Source of the DNA: an uncultured Clostridia bacterium
Lineage (GTDB): Bacteria; Bacillota; Clostridia; TANB77; CAG-508
Assembly (NCBI GenBank): GCA_946401865.1
Contig: CAMIVO010000004.1
Location: 1-57,512 of the forward strand
Reading direction: 5' to 3'
Length of the DNA stretch: 57,512 bases
Positions 35,007 to 46,222 of the stretch are shown piece by piece. Made by a program: the position numbers and the translations under genes. Under the pieces are notes generated by a model. The model was not told the origin of the DNA and did no database searches. It worked only from the letters and a program-made list of their open reading frames with translations. Numbering within the stretch: the stretch's first letter is position 1; each line of letters starts with the position of its first letter.

Positions 35007-36293
35007 TTAGTTCCTCAAAAAATAAATTGTATTAATCTTAACTTTTTTTGCAATATTTAATATTTGATCTTTTGTTACATTTTTTACTCTTTTTTTATAA
35101 TCTTCCAAGCTAACATTGCTATTTGTAATTTCTTGTCCATAATAATATACTATTCCTGAGTCTTGTTCATCATCAATTAAATTAATTCCTGAAATTATTG
35201 ATTTTTTCTCATTTTCAATTTCTTCTTCTGTAAATTCTCCGTTCTTCATGCTTTCTAATTGTTCTCTTATTATTTTAATTGCTTTTTCATAGTTTTCTAT
35301 TTCTATACCTGCATTTATAAAAATGTTGCTTTTAAATCTTACATAACTTGAACCAGCTGTATAAGCTAAGCTTGCCTTTTCTCTGACATTTTGAAATAAT
35401 TTTGAATTTGCACTTCCACCAAGTAATCCATTATATAACAATGCTTCATATCTTAGATTTTCATCTTTTAAATCATTTTCATCAAATAAAATGTCACATC
35501 CAATAACTACTTTTCCTTGTGTTACATTTTGCTTTTCTTCAATACTTTGCTCTTGTTGTTCTTCTTTTACTTTAATATCATTAATAACATATTCTGCTTT
35601 TCTTGGCTTTAATTTTTGTATGTTTTCATCTTCATTTAGCATTTTTAAAGTGTTTTCTAACTCATTTTTTCCTGAAATAAATATATCAATTTTACAATTA
35701 TCTATTAATTCTTTATAATAATCATATAAATTTTCTGTATTTATATCTTTCATATCTTCTGTATAACCATATCTGTAAAGTGCTGCAGGATCCTCTTTAT
35801 ACATACATTCTACGCATCTTGTTTTTGCATAAAATGCTTTGTTATCTATTCTTGCATTTATTCTTTGAGTAATAACTTCTTTTTCTTGATTTAAATATTC
35901 TTCTTTAAATTTACCATTTTCTAAAACTGGATTAAATACTATTTCAGATAGTTTTTTTATACTCTCTTTCAACAAATTATCATTTTCCTGTGGAAGATAT
36001 TCATCATTTATACTTTCCATATAAAATTTTAAAATATGGTTATCACCAATTTTATCTAATCCATTATTAAAGCTTGCACCATACATGTCTTCTAATGTTT
36101 TACTAATATCTTCTTGTGTTGGCATATTTTTTGAACCACGTCTTAAAACACTTGAAATTACACTGTTAAATGTAACATATTTTCTTGACATTGGAGTTGT
36201 TAAAAATATGGCTACTATGTTTGTTTTAAATTTATCTGTATTTATGTTGTGAACAGTAATTCCTTGTTTGATCTCTTGCTTTTTATAATCCAT
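35007..36293 (-). CDS. M16-family non-catalytic partner (YmfF-like)
   Basis: DKFKT, LEDMYGA, SKLFQNVREKASLAY; no HxxEH. Confidence 0.9.
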   Translation of the reverse strand: MDYKKQEIKQGITVHNINTDKFKTNIVAIFLTTPMSRKYVTFNSVISSVLRRGSKNMPTQEDISKTLEDMYGASFNNGLDKIGDNHILKFYMESINDEYLPQENDNLLKESIKKLSEIVFNPVLENGKFKEEYLNQEKEVITQRINARIDNKAFYAKTRCVECMYKEDPAALYRYGYTEDMKDINTENLYDYYKELIDNCKIDIFISGKNELENTLKMLNEDENIQKLKPRKAEYVINDIKVKEEQQEQSIEEKQNVTQGKVVIGCDILFDENDLKDENLRYEALLYNGLLGGSANSKLFQNVREKASLAYTAGSSYVRFKSNIFINAGIEIENYEKAIKIIREQLESMKNGEFTEEEIENEKKSIISGINLIDDEQDSGIVYYYGQEITNSNVSLEDYKKRVKNVTKDQILNIAKKVKINTIYFLRN

Positions 36294-36377
36294 TTTGATT
36301 TCCTTTCTTAATTTTATAATTCTTATAGTGATTAATATATATTTTTATTATTATATAAAACACTCTATTTTATTCAA

Positions 36378-36404
36378 AAAGCTGCCATATTTTAAGGCAG
36401 CTTT
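36378..36404 (-). terminator. Intrinsic terminator after rpoD
   Basis: aaagctgcc-loop-ggcagcttt. Confidence 0.75.
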
Positions 36405-36408
36405 GATT

Positions 36409-38016
36409 TTAGTTCATATAATCTTTTAATTTTTTGCTTCTACTTGGATGTCTTAATTTTCTTAATGCCTTTGCCTCTATTTGACGAATTCTTTCTCTTG
36501 TAACTTCAAATTCTTTACCAACTTCTTCCAAAGTTCTAGCTTTTCCATCATCTAAACCAAATCTAAGTCTTAAAACTTTTGCTTCTCTTGGTGTAAGAGT
36601 AGACATTACTTCAGCTAATTGTTCTTTTAACATTGTATATGCAGCTGCATCTTGTGGTGCAGGAGAATCATCATCTTGAATAAAGTCTCCTAAGTGGCTA
36701 TCATCTTCTTCTCCTATAGGTGTTTCTAAAGAAACTGGATCTTGTGCTATTTTTTGAATTTCTGCAACTCTTTCTACAGAAATTTCAAGTTCTTCTGCAA
36801 TTTCTTCTTGTGATGGTTCTCTTCCAAGTTTTTGTAGTAAATGTCTTGATGTTCTAATAAGTTTATTAATTGTTTCTACCATATGAACTGGAATTCTTAT
36901 AGTTCTTGCTTGATCTGCTATTGCTCTTGTAATTGATTGTCTTATCCACCATGTTGCATAAGTACTGAATTTGAAACCTTTTGTATAGTCAAATTTCTCT
37001 ACTGCCTTTATTAATCCCATATTTCCTTCTTGAATTAGGTCTAAAAATAACATTCCTCTACCAACATATTTTTTTGCAATACTAACAACAAGTCTTAAGT
37101 TTGCTTCTGCAAGTTCTTGTCTAGCATCTTCTGCATCATCATCATCATTACCATCTTCTTGTATAATTCTTTTTGCTAGTGCTAATTCTTGGTCATATGT
37201 TAAAAGTTTAATTCTTCCTATTTCTCTAAGATACATTCTAACAGGATCATCTACATTTACCCCCTCAAATGTATCATCTGCAGTAATTTCGTCTAATTTA
37301 AGGTCTTCTACTTCTCTTAAGTCATCTTCATCTGGTTCAGTTTCGAAGTCATCTTTTAAAACATCTACTCCCATTTCCTCCATTGCATCAAATACTTTTT
37401 CTATTTGATCTGGATTAACATTATCTAGTTCTGTTGCTAAATCTCCATATGTTAATTGACCATTTTCTTTTGCTTTTTTTATAATTGTTTCTACTTTCTC
37501 TTTTGCTTGATTTTTTTCTTCTGCTTGTTTTTCATCTTTATTTTCTTCAGATTTACCGTCTTTTTTTATTTTTTCTTTTTTCTCTTTAGAATTTGTTTGT
37601 TTATTTTCTATTTCTTCAACATTTTCGGTTTTAGCTTTTTTGTCTTTTTTTGGTTCTTCAGCTTTTTTTGTTTCTTGGTCTTCTTCTTTTTTTTCAGTTG
37701 TCTTAACTTTTTTAGTTTTTTTATCTTTGTTTTTGGTTTCTTCTTTAATTTTAGCTGGTTTATCTTCTTTTTTTGTTTTTTCTTTTACTTCTTTTTTATC
37801 TTCTAAATTTACTTGTTCTTGAATATTTTCTTTTTTATTGCTTTTTTTAGTATTAGTTTTTTTATTTTCAGTTTTTGTTTCATTTTTTTCTTGTAATTCT
37901 TTTATTAAATTATTTTCTTCTTTTTTTGTTTTCTTTTTCGTTGCTTTTTGAACTTCGGCATTTTCAGTGACTTTTGCTGTTTTTACTTTTTTTTCTGTTT
38001 TGTTTTCAGTTTTCAA
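36409..38016 (-). CDS. rpoD: Primary sigma factor with a long K/E-rich N-terminal extension
   Basis: [46 protein letters not shown]; downstream of dnaG. Confidence 0.97.
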   Translation of the reverse strand: MKTENKTEKKVKTAKVTENAEVQKATKKKTKKEENNLIKELQEKNETKTENKKTNTKKSNKKENIQEQVNLEDKKEVKEKTKKEDKPAKIKEETKNKDKKTKKVKTTEKKEEDQETKKAEEPKKDKKAKTENVEEIENKQTNSKEKKEKIKKDGKSEENKDEKQAEEKNQAKEKVETIIKKAKENGQLTYGDLATELDNVNPDQIEKVFDAMEEMGVDVLKDDFETEPDEDDLREVEDLKLDEITADDTFEGVNVDDPVRMYLREIGRIKLLTYDQELALAKRIIQEDGNDDDDAEDARQELAEANLRLVVSIAKKYVGRGMLFLDLIQEGNMGLIKAVEKFDYTKGFKFSTYATWWIRQSITRAIADQARTIRIPVHMVETINKLIRTSRHLLQKLGREPSQEEIAEELEISVERVAEIQKIAQDPVSLETPIGEEDDSHLGDFIQDDDSPAPQDAAAYTMLKEQLAEVMSTLTPREAKVLRLRFGLDDGKARTLEEVGKEFEVTRERIRQIEAKALRKLRHPSRSKKLKDYMN

Positions 38017-38043
38017 TTCTATACCTTCCTTTCTCTTGAATTT

Positions 38044-39837
38044 CTATTTGATTTTCACTAACTTTAAAATAACCTCATTTAATTCTTCTCCTAATTTCTT
38101 TTTTCTTTCTTTATCTTGTTCAAGAGAGGTTTGTTTTATAAGTTCATCTCGCCTTTTTTCTAATTTTTCTTTTTCATATTTTTTTAATATGTCATCAATT
38201 GCTTTTTTGTTGTCTGTTATTCCATAATCTTCTGCCATTATAGCAGTTAAATGACTTTGAATTTCTTCATCTTGTAATTTGTCTAATACTGAGCTTACAT
38301 TACTATTTTCTTTTTCTAGTTCTTGATAAAGTTCTTTTACAATTTTAATATTTATGTCATATTGAAAATCTTCTATTTTCATATTTTGTTTGATATATTC
38401 GTAGTTTTCTGGGTTATTAATTAAAATTGAAATAATTATGTTTTCTCTTTTTATTGTATCTTCTTTTAGTTCTTTATTTGTATTTTCTTCTTTTTTATGA
38501 ATTATTTGTTTTGGCTTTTCTAAGATATTTGTTTTAGTTTTTCCAGAATATTGGATTTTATTTACTTGTCCAAAAATTGCTTCTTTTGAGATATTATAAG
38601 TTTTTGCAATTTTTTCTATGTATATTTCTCTTTCTATTGAATTATCTATTTTGGAAATTAATTTTGCAATTTCATTTAAAAACTTTACTTTATCTCCTGC
38701 AACTTCTAGATTTAAACTTTGTTTTAAAACTTTTACTTTAAACTCTATAAGAGAAATTGCTTCATCCATAAGTTTTTGAAATCTTGCTGAACCATATTTT
38801 ATAATATATTCATCTGGATCTTTTGCTCCACTCATTTGAAGAACTCTCATGTCACAACCCATATTTTGCATAACTTCCATTGCACGCATAATGGCTGTTT
38901 GCCCTGCACCATCTGAGTCAAACCCAAGTATAACTTCTTCTGCATTTTTTCTAAGAAGCCAACCCTGGTTTGTTGTTAAAGCTGTTCCAAGTGAAGCTAC
39001 TACGTTTGTAATTCCTCTTTGATGTAAAGAAATTGCATCCATATAACCTTCTACTATTAGTAATTTTTTTGTGTCTCCTTTTTTTGCAACATTTAATCCA
39101 AATAAATGCTTTCCTTTGCTATAAACAATGTTTTCTGGTGAATTTATATATTTAGGCTTAGAGTCATCTAAAACTCTACCACCAAATGCTATAACTCTAT
39201 TTCTAACATCCAAAATTGGTATCATAAATCTATTACGATATCTGTCTATATATTTTCCATTTTCGTTTTTGTTTACAAGACCTGATTCTAAAATTTCTTC
39301 GTCATTAAAACCTTCTTTTCTTAAGACCTGATATAATTCATCAAAATTTCCTGAAAATCCTAAATTATATGCTTCTAAAGTTTCATTTGTAAGCTTTCTT
39401 TTTTTTACATATTCTTGTCCAATTTTTGATCTTGGTTCATATAGTCTTTTATGATAATAGTTTGCAGTAAAAGAATTAACTTTATAAACTTTTGATTTTA
39501 ATTCTTCTAGTTTGTTGTCTTCTTGACTAGTATTTACAGGCAAAGAAATATTGGCTCTTTCAGCCAAATTTTCTATTGCTTCTTTGAAGCCAATTCCCTC
39601 TATTTTGCTTATAAATGTAATAACATTTCCTCCGACACCACAACCAAAACAATGAAATATTTGCTTGTCTGGTGATACAGAAAATGATGGGGATTTTTCG
39701 TTATGAAATGGACATAATCCAAAATAATTTCTTCCACTTCTTTTTAAATGCACATATTGAGATATTACTTCGACTATATCGTTGCTTTCTTTTACTTCGT
39801 TTAAAATCTCGTCACTATATCTCACTTTTTCCCTCAC
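38044..39837 (-). CDS. dnaG: DNA primase
   Basis: CPFHNEKSPSF..CFGC zinc finger, FGGR, KYINSPE, VEGYMD, FDSDGAG. Confidence 0.98.
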   Translation of the reverse strand: MREKVRYSDEILNEVKESNDIVEVISQYVHLKRSGRNYFGLCPFHNEKSPSFSVSPDKQIFHCFGCGVGGNVITFISKIEGIGFKEAIENLAERANISLPVNTSQEDNKLEELKSKVYKVNSFTANYYHKRLYEPRSKIGQEYVKKRKLTNETLEAYNLGFSGNFDELYQVLRKEGFNDEEILESGLVNKNENGKYIDRYRNRFMIPILDVRNRVIAFGGRVLDDSKPKYINSPENIVYSKGKHLFGLNVAKKGDTKKLLIVEGYMDAISLHQRGITNVVASLGTALTTNQGWLLRKNAEEVILGFDSDGAGQTAIMRAMEVMQNMGCDMRVLQMSGAKDPDEYIIKYGSARFQKLMDEAISLIEFKVKVLKQSLNLEVAGDKVKFLNEIAKLISKIDNSIEREIYIEKIAKTYNISKEAIFGQVNKIQYSGKTKTNILEKPKQIIHKKEENTNKELKEDTIKRENIIISILINNPENYEYIKQNMKIEDFQYDINIKIVKELYQELEKENSNVSSVLDKLQDEEIQSHLTAIMAEDYGITDNKKAIDDILKKYEKEKLEKRRDELIKQTSLEQDKERKKKLGEELNEVILKLVKIK

Positions 39838-39918
39838 CTTCTAATGTTATTTTTGAATACCATATTATAATATTCGCCGAATTTTACATAATTCCCCTTT
39901 TTATTTCAAAAAAATCAG

Positions 39919-39947
39919 TTGAAAAAATTTTTAAAATATGATATAGT
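39919..39947 (+). promoter_or_regulatory. Sigma-A promoter of lemA
   Basis: TTGAAA-17-TATAGT with extended TGn. Confidence 0.6.
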
Positions 39948-39979
39948 ATTTCTGAAAATTTTATATAGGAGGTCTTTTT

Positions 39980-40534
39980 ATGGCTTTATTAATTATTCTA
40001 ATTGTTCTTGTAGTTATTGTAGGATTTGTAATAAGCACATATAATGGTTTAGTAAAATCTAAAATGAAAGTTGAGAATGCCTGGAGCCAAATAGATGTAC
40101 AACTTCAAAGAAGATTTGATTTAATTCCTAACTTTGTTGAAACAGTTAAAGGATATATGTCTCATGAAAAAGATACCTTAGAAAAAATTACAGAATTACG
40201 TACTTCTTGGGCAAATGCTTCTAGTGTTAATGACAAAATAGAAATTGACAATCAAATTTCTTCAGCTTTAAAAACAATTATGGCAGTTTCAGAAAACTAC
40301 CCTGATTTAAAAGCTAACCAAAACTTTATGCAATTATCTCAAGAACTTACAAATACAGAAAATAAAATTTCATTTTCAAGACAATTCTATAATGATACTG
40401 TAACAATATATAATACTAAACTTCAAGCTTTCCCATCTAATATTATTGCAGGTATGTTTAATTTTACTCGTTCTGAATTATTTAAAACAGACGAAGCATC
40501 TAGACAAAATGTTAAAGTTGATTTTGGAAGCTAG
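39980..40534 (+). CDS. lemA: LemA family protein
   Basis: YNGLV, AWSQIDVQLQRRFDLIPN, ENYPDLKAN, RQFYN. Confidence 0.95.
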   Translation: MALLIILIVLVVIVGFVISTYNGLVKSKMKVENAWSQIDVQLQRRFDLIPNFVETVKGYMSHEKDTLEKITELRTSWANASSVNDKIEIDNQISSALKTIMAVSENYPDLKANQNFMQLSQELTNTENKISFSRQFYNDTVTIYNTKLQAFPSNIIAGMFNFTRSELFKTDEASRQNVKVDFGS

Positions 40535-40537
40535 TAT

Positions 40538-40568
40538 AAAAACCCTCTCGATTTTTAGAGAGGGTTTT
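40538..40568. terminator. Terminator after lemA
   Basis: aaaaccctctc-loop-agagggtttt followed by a T-tract. Confidence 0.7.
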
Positions 40569-40655
40569 ATTTTTTATTTTTCACATGGGTCATTTGGTAC
40601 CGGTTCTTTTTTGTCCACATGGGTCATTTATATCAGTAACCATATTAAAAAACTT

Positions 40656-42533
40656 CTATTGCCATTTAAATATTGGATATCCTTCATTTTTGTTTTCAGT
40701 ATCTTCTTTCCAAACATTTTGAATTTCTGTTTCACTTATTGTTACTGTTCCTGTTTCTTCATCTATAGTATATGCTTTATCTAATGTGGGAGCTAAAGTT
40801 TTTAGCTGTTCACTTGTAATCTTTACTTCATTTCCTATCGAATTCTCTTGATTGCCTAAATAATAACAGTTTTTAATAATACCACTATTGGCTATTTCAT
40901 ACTTAGTAGTACCTTCTAATTTTCCAATATTATAACATGAAATTACTTTTGTACTATTTTTTCCCACAAAAACTATCCCTCCGATTTTACTTCCTGTAAT
41001 ATTTCCAGAATTATAACAGTTTAAAACATTACAATTTGATCCACCTCCATAGCTTCCACTTATTCCAGCAACATTGTTGTTTCCTGAAATCTTTCCGTTA
41101 TTATAACATTGTTCTATAGTAAATGATTCTAATATCCAACTACATCCTAATATTCCCCCTACATTAGTAGTTCCTGAAATTATTCCTGTATTATAGCATT
41201 GAAATATTTTTTTATTTTTTCCATTATCCTCCATTCCTTCAATTCCACCAATACAAGAATTACCTGAAATCTCACCTGTATTATAACAATTTATAATGTC
41301 ATAGCCTCTATACCCTATTATTCCACCTATATCATTATTTCCTGATACCTTTCCAATATTATAACAATCTGATATAGTTGCATTTCTTCCACTGATTCCT
41401 CCCACTAAACTATGCCCAGTAATGTTACTGCTGTTATATGAATTTTCTATTGTCCCACCATATCCTATTATTCCGCCAACATTGTCAACCCCAGTTATTT
41501 CTCCGCTACAATAACATTGTTTTAGTGTTCCTCCGCTTCCTATTAGTCCCCCCGTTATTGATGAAGTTTTATCGTTATAAATTTTCCCTTCGAAATAACA
41601 ATTTTCCATACTAAAACGATACGAATTTCCACTAATTCCACCAGCCCAACTTGAACTACAATTTATGTTGCCTATGACCCCGAGACATTTAATACTGCCC
41701 CCAACTACATGACCAAATAATCCTGATGATTCATTAGTATTATTTATATATAATTTACTTATTTTATGGTTGTTCCCATTAAATTTTCCATTAAAACTAC
41801 TATTATTTACATTCCCTCCTATTGGAATCCACCCTTTTCCTGTTGTTAGTTCTGTAAGTAATTTCTCAACTTTTCCATCTTGGTTTATGTCTCCATAGTC
41901 AATTCTTTCAGCATTTTCATACGATAATGGTAATTTAAAATCTAAATTTTTTACTAAAGAAACATACTTTCCACTAAAATTTTTCCCTGTTATATATTTT
42001 ATTTCATTATTTTCAATTACTATTCCATTTACAGTAAGTGAAAAGTCTAGCAAATCTTCTATGCATTTTATTTCATAAGGCTTGTCTTCAGATACTCCTA
42101 GTTCGTTATTACTTAATTGAGCTAGAAATTCTTTTTTAGGAAATTCAAAATTTGACTCGCTTAACTCTACATTTCCATCTTTGTCAACTTTATATAATCT
42201 ATTTTCTACCAACACTAAAAAGTTTTCATCTTCTTCATATACTTTTGCATTTTTTTCTTCACCAAACTCATTATTAATTTGTTGTTGCAAATTTTCTTGT
42301 GTAATATCTCCAAACTTGCCTTTATTAGCTGCTTGCAATGCTGCTGTTCCTATTGCTTCTTTTTCTTTTGCAATTTCTGTTTGCTCTTTTGCACTTCCTG
42401 CTTTATTTATTATTCCATTATTTCCTGATAGCATTGAAGCTGAAATTCCTGCTAATATTAAAAGCACTATCACAGTTACAACAAGTGCAATTAATGTTAT
42501 TCCAGATATTTTATTTTTCTTATGTTCATTCAT
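40656..42533 (-). CDS. Pilin-like N-terminus + GLUG-type beta-helix repeat surface protein
   Basis: GITLIALVVTVIVLLILAGIS; WIPIG..FNGKFNGNNHKI; repeated VGGIxG...CYNxGxI. Confidence 0.88.
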   Translation of the reverse strand: MNEHKKNKISGITLIALVVTVIVLLILAGISASMLSGNNGIINKAGSAKEQTEIAKEKEAIGTAALQAANKGKFGDITQENLQQQINNEFGEEKNAKVYEEDENFLVLVENRLYKVDKDGNVELSESNFEFPKKEFLAQLSNNELGVSEDKPYEIKCIEDLLDFSLTVNGIVIENNEIKYITGKNFSGKYVSLVKNLDFKLPLSYENAERIDYGDINQDGKVEKLLTELTTGKGWIPIGGNVNNSSFNGKFNGNNHKISKLYINNTNESSGLFGHVVGGSIKCLGVIGNINCSSSWAGGISGNSYRFSMENCYFEGKIYNDKTSSITGGLIGSGGTLKQCYCSGEITGVDNVGGIIGYGGTIENSYNSSNITGHSLVGGISGRNATISDCYNIGKVSGNNDIGGIIGYRGYDIINCYNTGEISGNSCIGGIEGMEDNGKNKKIFQCYNTGIISGTTNVGGILGCSWILESFTIEQCYNNGKISGNNNVAGISGSYGGGSNCNVLNCYNSGNITGSKIGGIVFVGKNSTKVISCYNIGKLEGTTKYEIANSGIIKNCYYLGNQENSIGNEVKITSEQLKTLAPTLDKAYTIDEETGTVTISETEIQNVWKEDTENKNEGYPIFKWQ

Positions 42534-42629
42534 ATGTTCTTTCTCCCTTCAATTTTTTTGGGTAAATCTGTACTGGTTCTTTTTTGTCCTAATTTTCTCC
42601 TAACTACTGCACTACTGGTATTTTAGGAC

Positions 42630-42809
42630 ATATATTATTAAATATGTAATTTAATAATGTATCATTTTCTCAAATTTTATAGTAAAATCAAGCATTTGTC
42701 AAATGTATAAATTTTTCATTTGCAAAAATAATAAAAGTACCAAAATAGCCAAATAGACTGTATTTGAAAGATTTTAACATATTATTAATTTACATATTTA
42801 ATAATATAT
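42630..42809 (-). promoter_or_regulatory. Sigma-A promoter flanked by 29-bp inverted repeats (copy B)
   Basis: TTGACA (42702-42697)-17-TAAAAT (42679-42674); arms 42630-42658 and 42781-42809 with 1 mismatch. Confidence 0.75.
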
Positions 42810-43046
42810 CCAAATGCAAAAACCTCGAAAGCTACATTACTTTCAAGGTTTTTCTTGTTTTATTACATTTTTATTAAATTTTTATGACCTTTGGGTTACA
42901 ATTAAAGTCTTTTCATATTTTCTCTCTTTAATCAGCATTATGCTTTTGGTAAGTGTCCCCAAAAGCTTCCCCAAAAGCTGAAAATCAATTTTTTTATATT
43001 AGTCAATTCCTGCAGTAAATATTCTAAGTATATCTAATATATATTG

Positions 43047-44153
43047 TTAATTTCTATTTGTATTGATTTTTATATATTCAGTGTTGGCTTTTAATTTAAA
43101 TACAGGACGAAATCCATGCTTATAGCCATATGCTATTGGCTTACCTGAATATTCTCGAATAATTACTGATGGATTGCTACTTGTAACTCCATCAGTATTT
43201 ACATAACCTATTTCAAAAGTAGTAAATGTCCATTCAACAAAAATACGTTTTCTAGAAGCTAACCAAAAGTCCTTGATTTTTTTATCTGTATTCTGTTGGA
43301 TTATGTTTAGGGAAGTCATCTTATTATAATCACTTTTATAGTTTTCATCCAATCCTTTGTACCTTTCATTGTGTTGTGAAAGATATTCATAATCATTATT
43401 TGTAAACATTTCACCTTCTTTATCTTTATTAATTGGATCACTTCCTACACATCTTGCATCAATAATATAATCTGAATTTATATATTTTTCAGCTCTTAAA
43501 TTCAAATTTGTAATTGCATTGTTATAAGACCACTGTGCTTTTTCTTCATCACTTTTTTGGAGCAAAGCTTCTGGAATCATGTCATCCTGTTCAGAATTAG
43601 GATTTCCTGCACCAAGTACAACATTTTCCTCTATTACATCACCAGTTATTACCTGTACTCCGTTAGCTCCAACTTCAGATGAACTATCGTATAAAACAAT
43701 ACATTCTACTGCTGTATCTATTCCATTTAACTTTAATAAAATATGGTCGCCATCTTTTAAACTTTCTGTCTTAATCTTTTCTCCTATTAATATGTTTAAA
43801 TCTTCGGTAACTATTATTTGTTTTCCTTCTTTTGTGGTAATTACTCCTGTGTCATCTATATTACTTCCACTAAAACTGTTATCATTACTTATAGCTGAGA
43901 TTAATTCTTCCTTGTTTAATTTTTCATTTTTTATATTTTTCTCTATTAATTTTGCATTTTTTATTAATTCCGCTTGTTCTTTTATTTGTGCCTCATCTGT
44001 TACATTTTTTGCTTCTCCCGCCCTTTGTAATATTCCATTATTTCCACTTAGCATCATAATTGATATTCCTGCTAATAGTAATAATACAATTATTGTGACA
44101 ACTAAAGCTATTAGCGTAATTCCTGAAGCTTTATTTTTCTTATGTTCTTTCAT
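43047..44153 (-). CDS. Pilin-like N-terminus surface protein with an unassigned C-terminal domain
   Basis: First ~60 aa nearly identical to neighbours; distinct C-terminus with FWLASR...GFRPVF. Confidence 0.85.
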   Translation of the reverse strand: MKEHKKNKASGITLIALVVTIIVLLLLAGISIMMLSGNNGILQRAGEAKNVTDEAQIKEQAELIKNAKLIEKNIKNEKLNKEELISAISNDNSFSGSNIDDTGVITTKEGKQIIVTEDLNILIGEKIKTESLKDGDHILLKLNGIDTAVECIVLYDSSSEVGANGVQVITGDVIEENVVLGAGNPNSEQDDMIPEALLQKSDEEKAQWSYNNAITNLNLRAEKYINSDYIIDARCVGSDPINKDKEGEMFTNNDYEYLSQHNERYKGLDENYKSDYNKMTSLNIIQQNTDKKIKDFWLASRKRIFVEWTFTTFEIGYVNTDGVTSSNPSVIIREYSGKPIAYGYKHGFRPVFKLKANTEYIKINTNRN

Positions 44154-44356
44154 ATTTTTCTTTCTCCCTTCTATTTTTTAGGACTTTTATTTGGGTAAAT
44201 CTGTACCGGTTCTTTTTTGTCCTAATTTTCCCTAACTACTTCACTACTGGTATTTTAGGACATATTGATTACAACTGACATTTTCATTGGGAACTGCCCC
44301 CGATGAAAAATATTGCCCAATATCTCTAGTTCTAATGATACTATCTCGATAATAGA

Positions 44357-46033
44357 CTAGTTTTTTAATGTAAAGTATCCAGGTGTTCCTTCTTCATCTA
44401 TTCTTGCATATTCTGCATCTATATGTTCTGCATTCCATTCAGTTCCGTTTCCGCCTTTTAAAATTGGAGTATTTACACCTTCATATTCATAGGATTTTCC
44501 ATTTATTATCATTGGGCTAGTTGCAAACATATTTGTACTATCTGTAACTTTTTCTGTACTCCATTTATCTGAAACATATATTTTTTCTAAATTTGTTATT
44601 GCAAACATCCCATTCATATTGGTTACATTACTTGTATCAAAATTATTTATATCTAATGATGTCAATTTCATACACTGCCAAAACATATTTGACATGTTAG
44701 TTACTTTACTTGTGTCAAAACTGCTTACATCTAATGTTGTTAAATTTTTGCAACAAGAAAACATATAATACATATTAGTTACTTTACTTGTGTCAAAACT
44801 GCTTACATCCAGTTGTTCTAGATTATAACAACATTGAAACATTACACCCATATCTATTACATTACTTGTCTTAAAATTACTTATATTTAGTGATGTTAAT
44901 TTTTCGCAAAAACTAAACATCATAAACATACTAGTTACATTACTTGTATCAAAATGGCTTAAATCCAATGTTTGCAGGTTTTTTAAGGAATAGAACATAT
45001 TGGCCATATTAGATACTTTGCTTGTATTAAAGCTACTAACGTCCAGTTTAGATAAACTTAAACAGTAATCAAACATATACCCCATATTTGTAACATTACT
45101 CGTATCAAAATTACTTAAATCAAGTGAGATTAAACTCTCGCAACACTCAAACATCCCATTCATATTAGTCACATTACTTGTATCAAAATTACTTACATCA
45201 AGTGAAGTTAAACTTTTACAATAATTAAACATACCCGCCATATTAATTACATTACTTGTATCGAAATTACTTGCATCTACATCAATTAGTTTTTCGCATA
45301 CACCAAACATTCTACTCATATCTATTACATTGCTTGTATCTAACAATTCTATTCCATCAATTGTTTTTAAATTTCTACACATTTCAAACCACATTCTAGT
45401 GAACTTTGGCACTATTTTTTCTTTAATTGTTACTTTTTTTATTTTATTCGCATAATCATACCAGGGTATATCATATTTAAAAGTATTATAATCAAGGCCT
45501 TTAAATAAAACATTACTTATATCATTTTCTGAGCCATCATATATTAAACTCCCTGTTTTTTCTGGATCTTTATATCCTTTTGTAGCACTAAATTGCATCT
45601 CACCATCTGCATATATTACAACATAAACTTCTGTAGGTTCTCCTTGTTTATATTCACTAATTTCCCCACTATCATTAATTATATAACTTTTTGTACTACC
45701 CAAATTCTTTTCATCATCTACAGTTATTTTTAATTTTTTACCTGCTTTTGTTGCTTTTCCTTTTACTCCATTGTTTTTTAATTGTTCATTTATGGTTTTT
45801 AGTGTTACATTATTTAAATCTTCAGATAATGCTGCTAAATAAGATAATTTTATTTGTTCTTTTATTTGTGCCTCATCTGTTACATTTTTTGCTTCTCCTG
45901 CCCTTTGTAATATTCCATTATTTCCACTTAGCATCATAATTGATATTCCTGCTAATAGTAATAATACAATTATAGTTACTACTAATGCTATTAGTGTAAT
46001 TCCTGAGGTTTTACTTTTCTTATGTTCTTTCAT
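44357..46033 (-). CDS. Pilin-like N-terminus + BspA/DUF285-type repeat surface protein
   Basis: 26-aa repeats FDTSNVTNMxxMFxxCxxLxxLDVSx. Confidence 0.9.
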   Translation of the reverse strand: MKEHKKSKTSGITLIALVVTIIVLLLLAGISIMMLSGNNGILQRAGEAKNVTDEAQIKEQIKLSYLAALSEDLNNVTLKTINEQLKNNGVKGKATKAGKKLKITVDDEKNLGSTKSYIINDSGEISEYKQGEPTEVYVVIYADGEMQFSATKGYKDPEKTGSLIYDGSENDISNVLFKGLDYNTFKYDIPWYDYANKIKKVTIKEKIVPKFTRMWFEMCRNLKTIDGIELLDTSNVIDMSRMFGVCEKLIDVDASNFDTSNVINMAGMFNYCKSLTSLDVSNFDTSNVTNMNGMFECCESLISLDLSNFDTSNVTNMGYMFDYCLSLSKLDVSSFNTSKVSNMANMFYSLKNLQTLDLSHFDTSNVTSMFMMFSFCEKLTSLNISNFKTSNVIDMGVMFQCCYNLEQLDVSSFDTSKVTNMYYMFSCCKNLTTLDVSSFDTSKVTNMSNMFWQCMKLTSLDINNFDTSNVTNMNGMFAITNLEKIYVSDKWSTEKVTDSTNMFATSPMIINGKSYEYEGVNTPILKGGNGTEWNAEHIDAEYARIDEEGTPGYFTLKN

Positions 46034-46222
46034 ACTTTTCTTTCTCCCTTCTATTTTTTGGTAAATCTGTACCGGTTCTTTTTTGTCCCAAGTTTTCCTA
46101 ACTACTACACTACTGGTATTTTATGACATTTTGATTACAACCGACATTTTCATTGGGAACTGTCCCCGATGAAAAATATTGCCCAATATCTCTAGTTCTA
46201 ATGATACTATCTCGATAATAGA

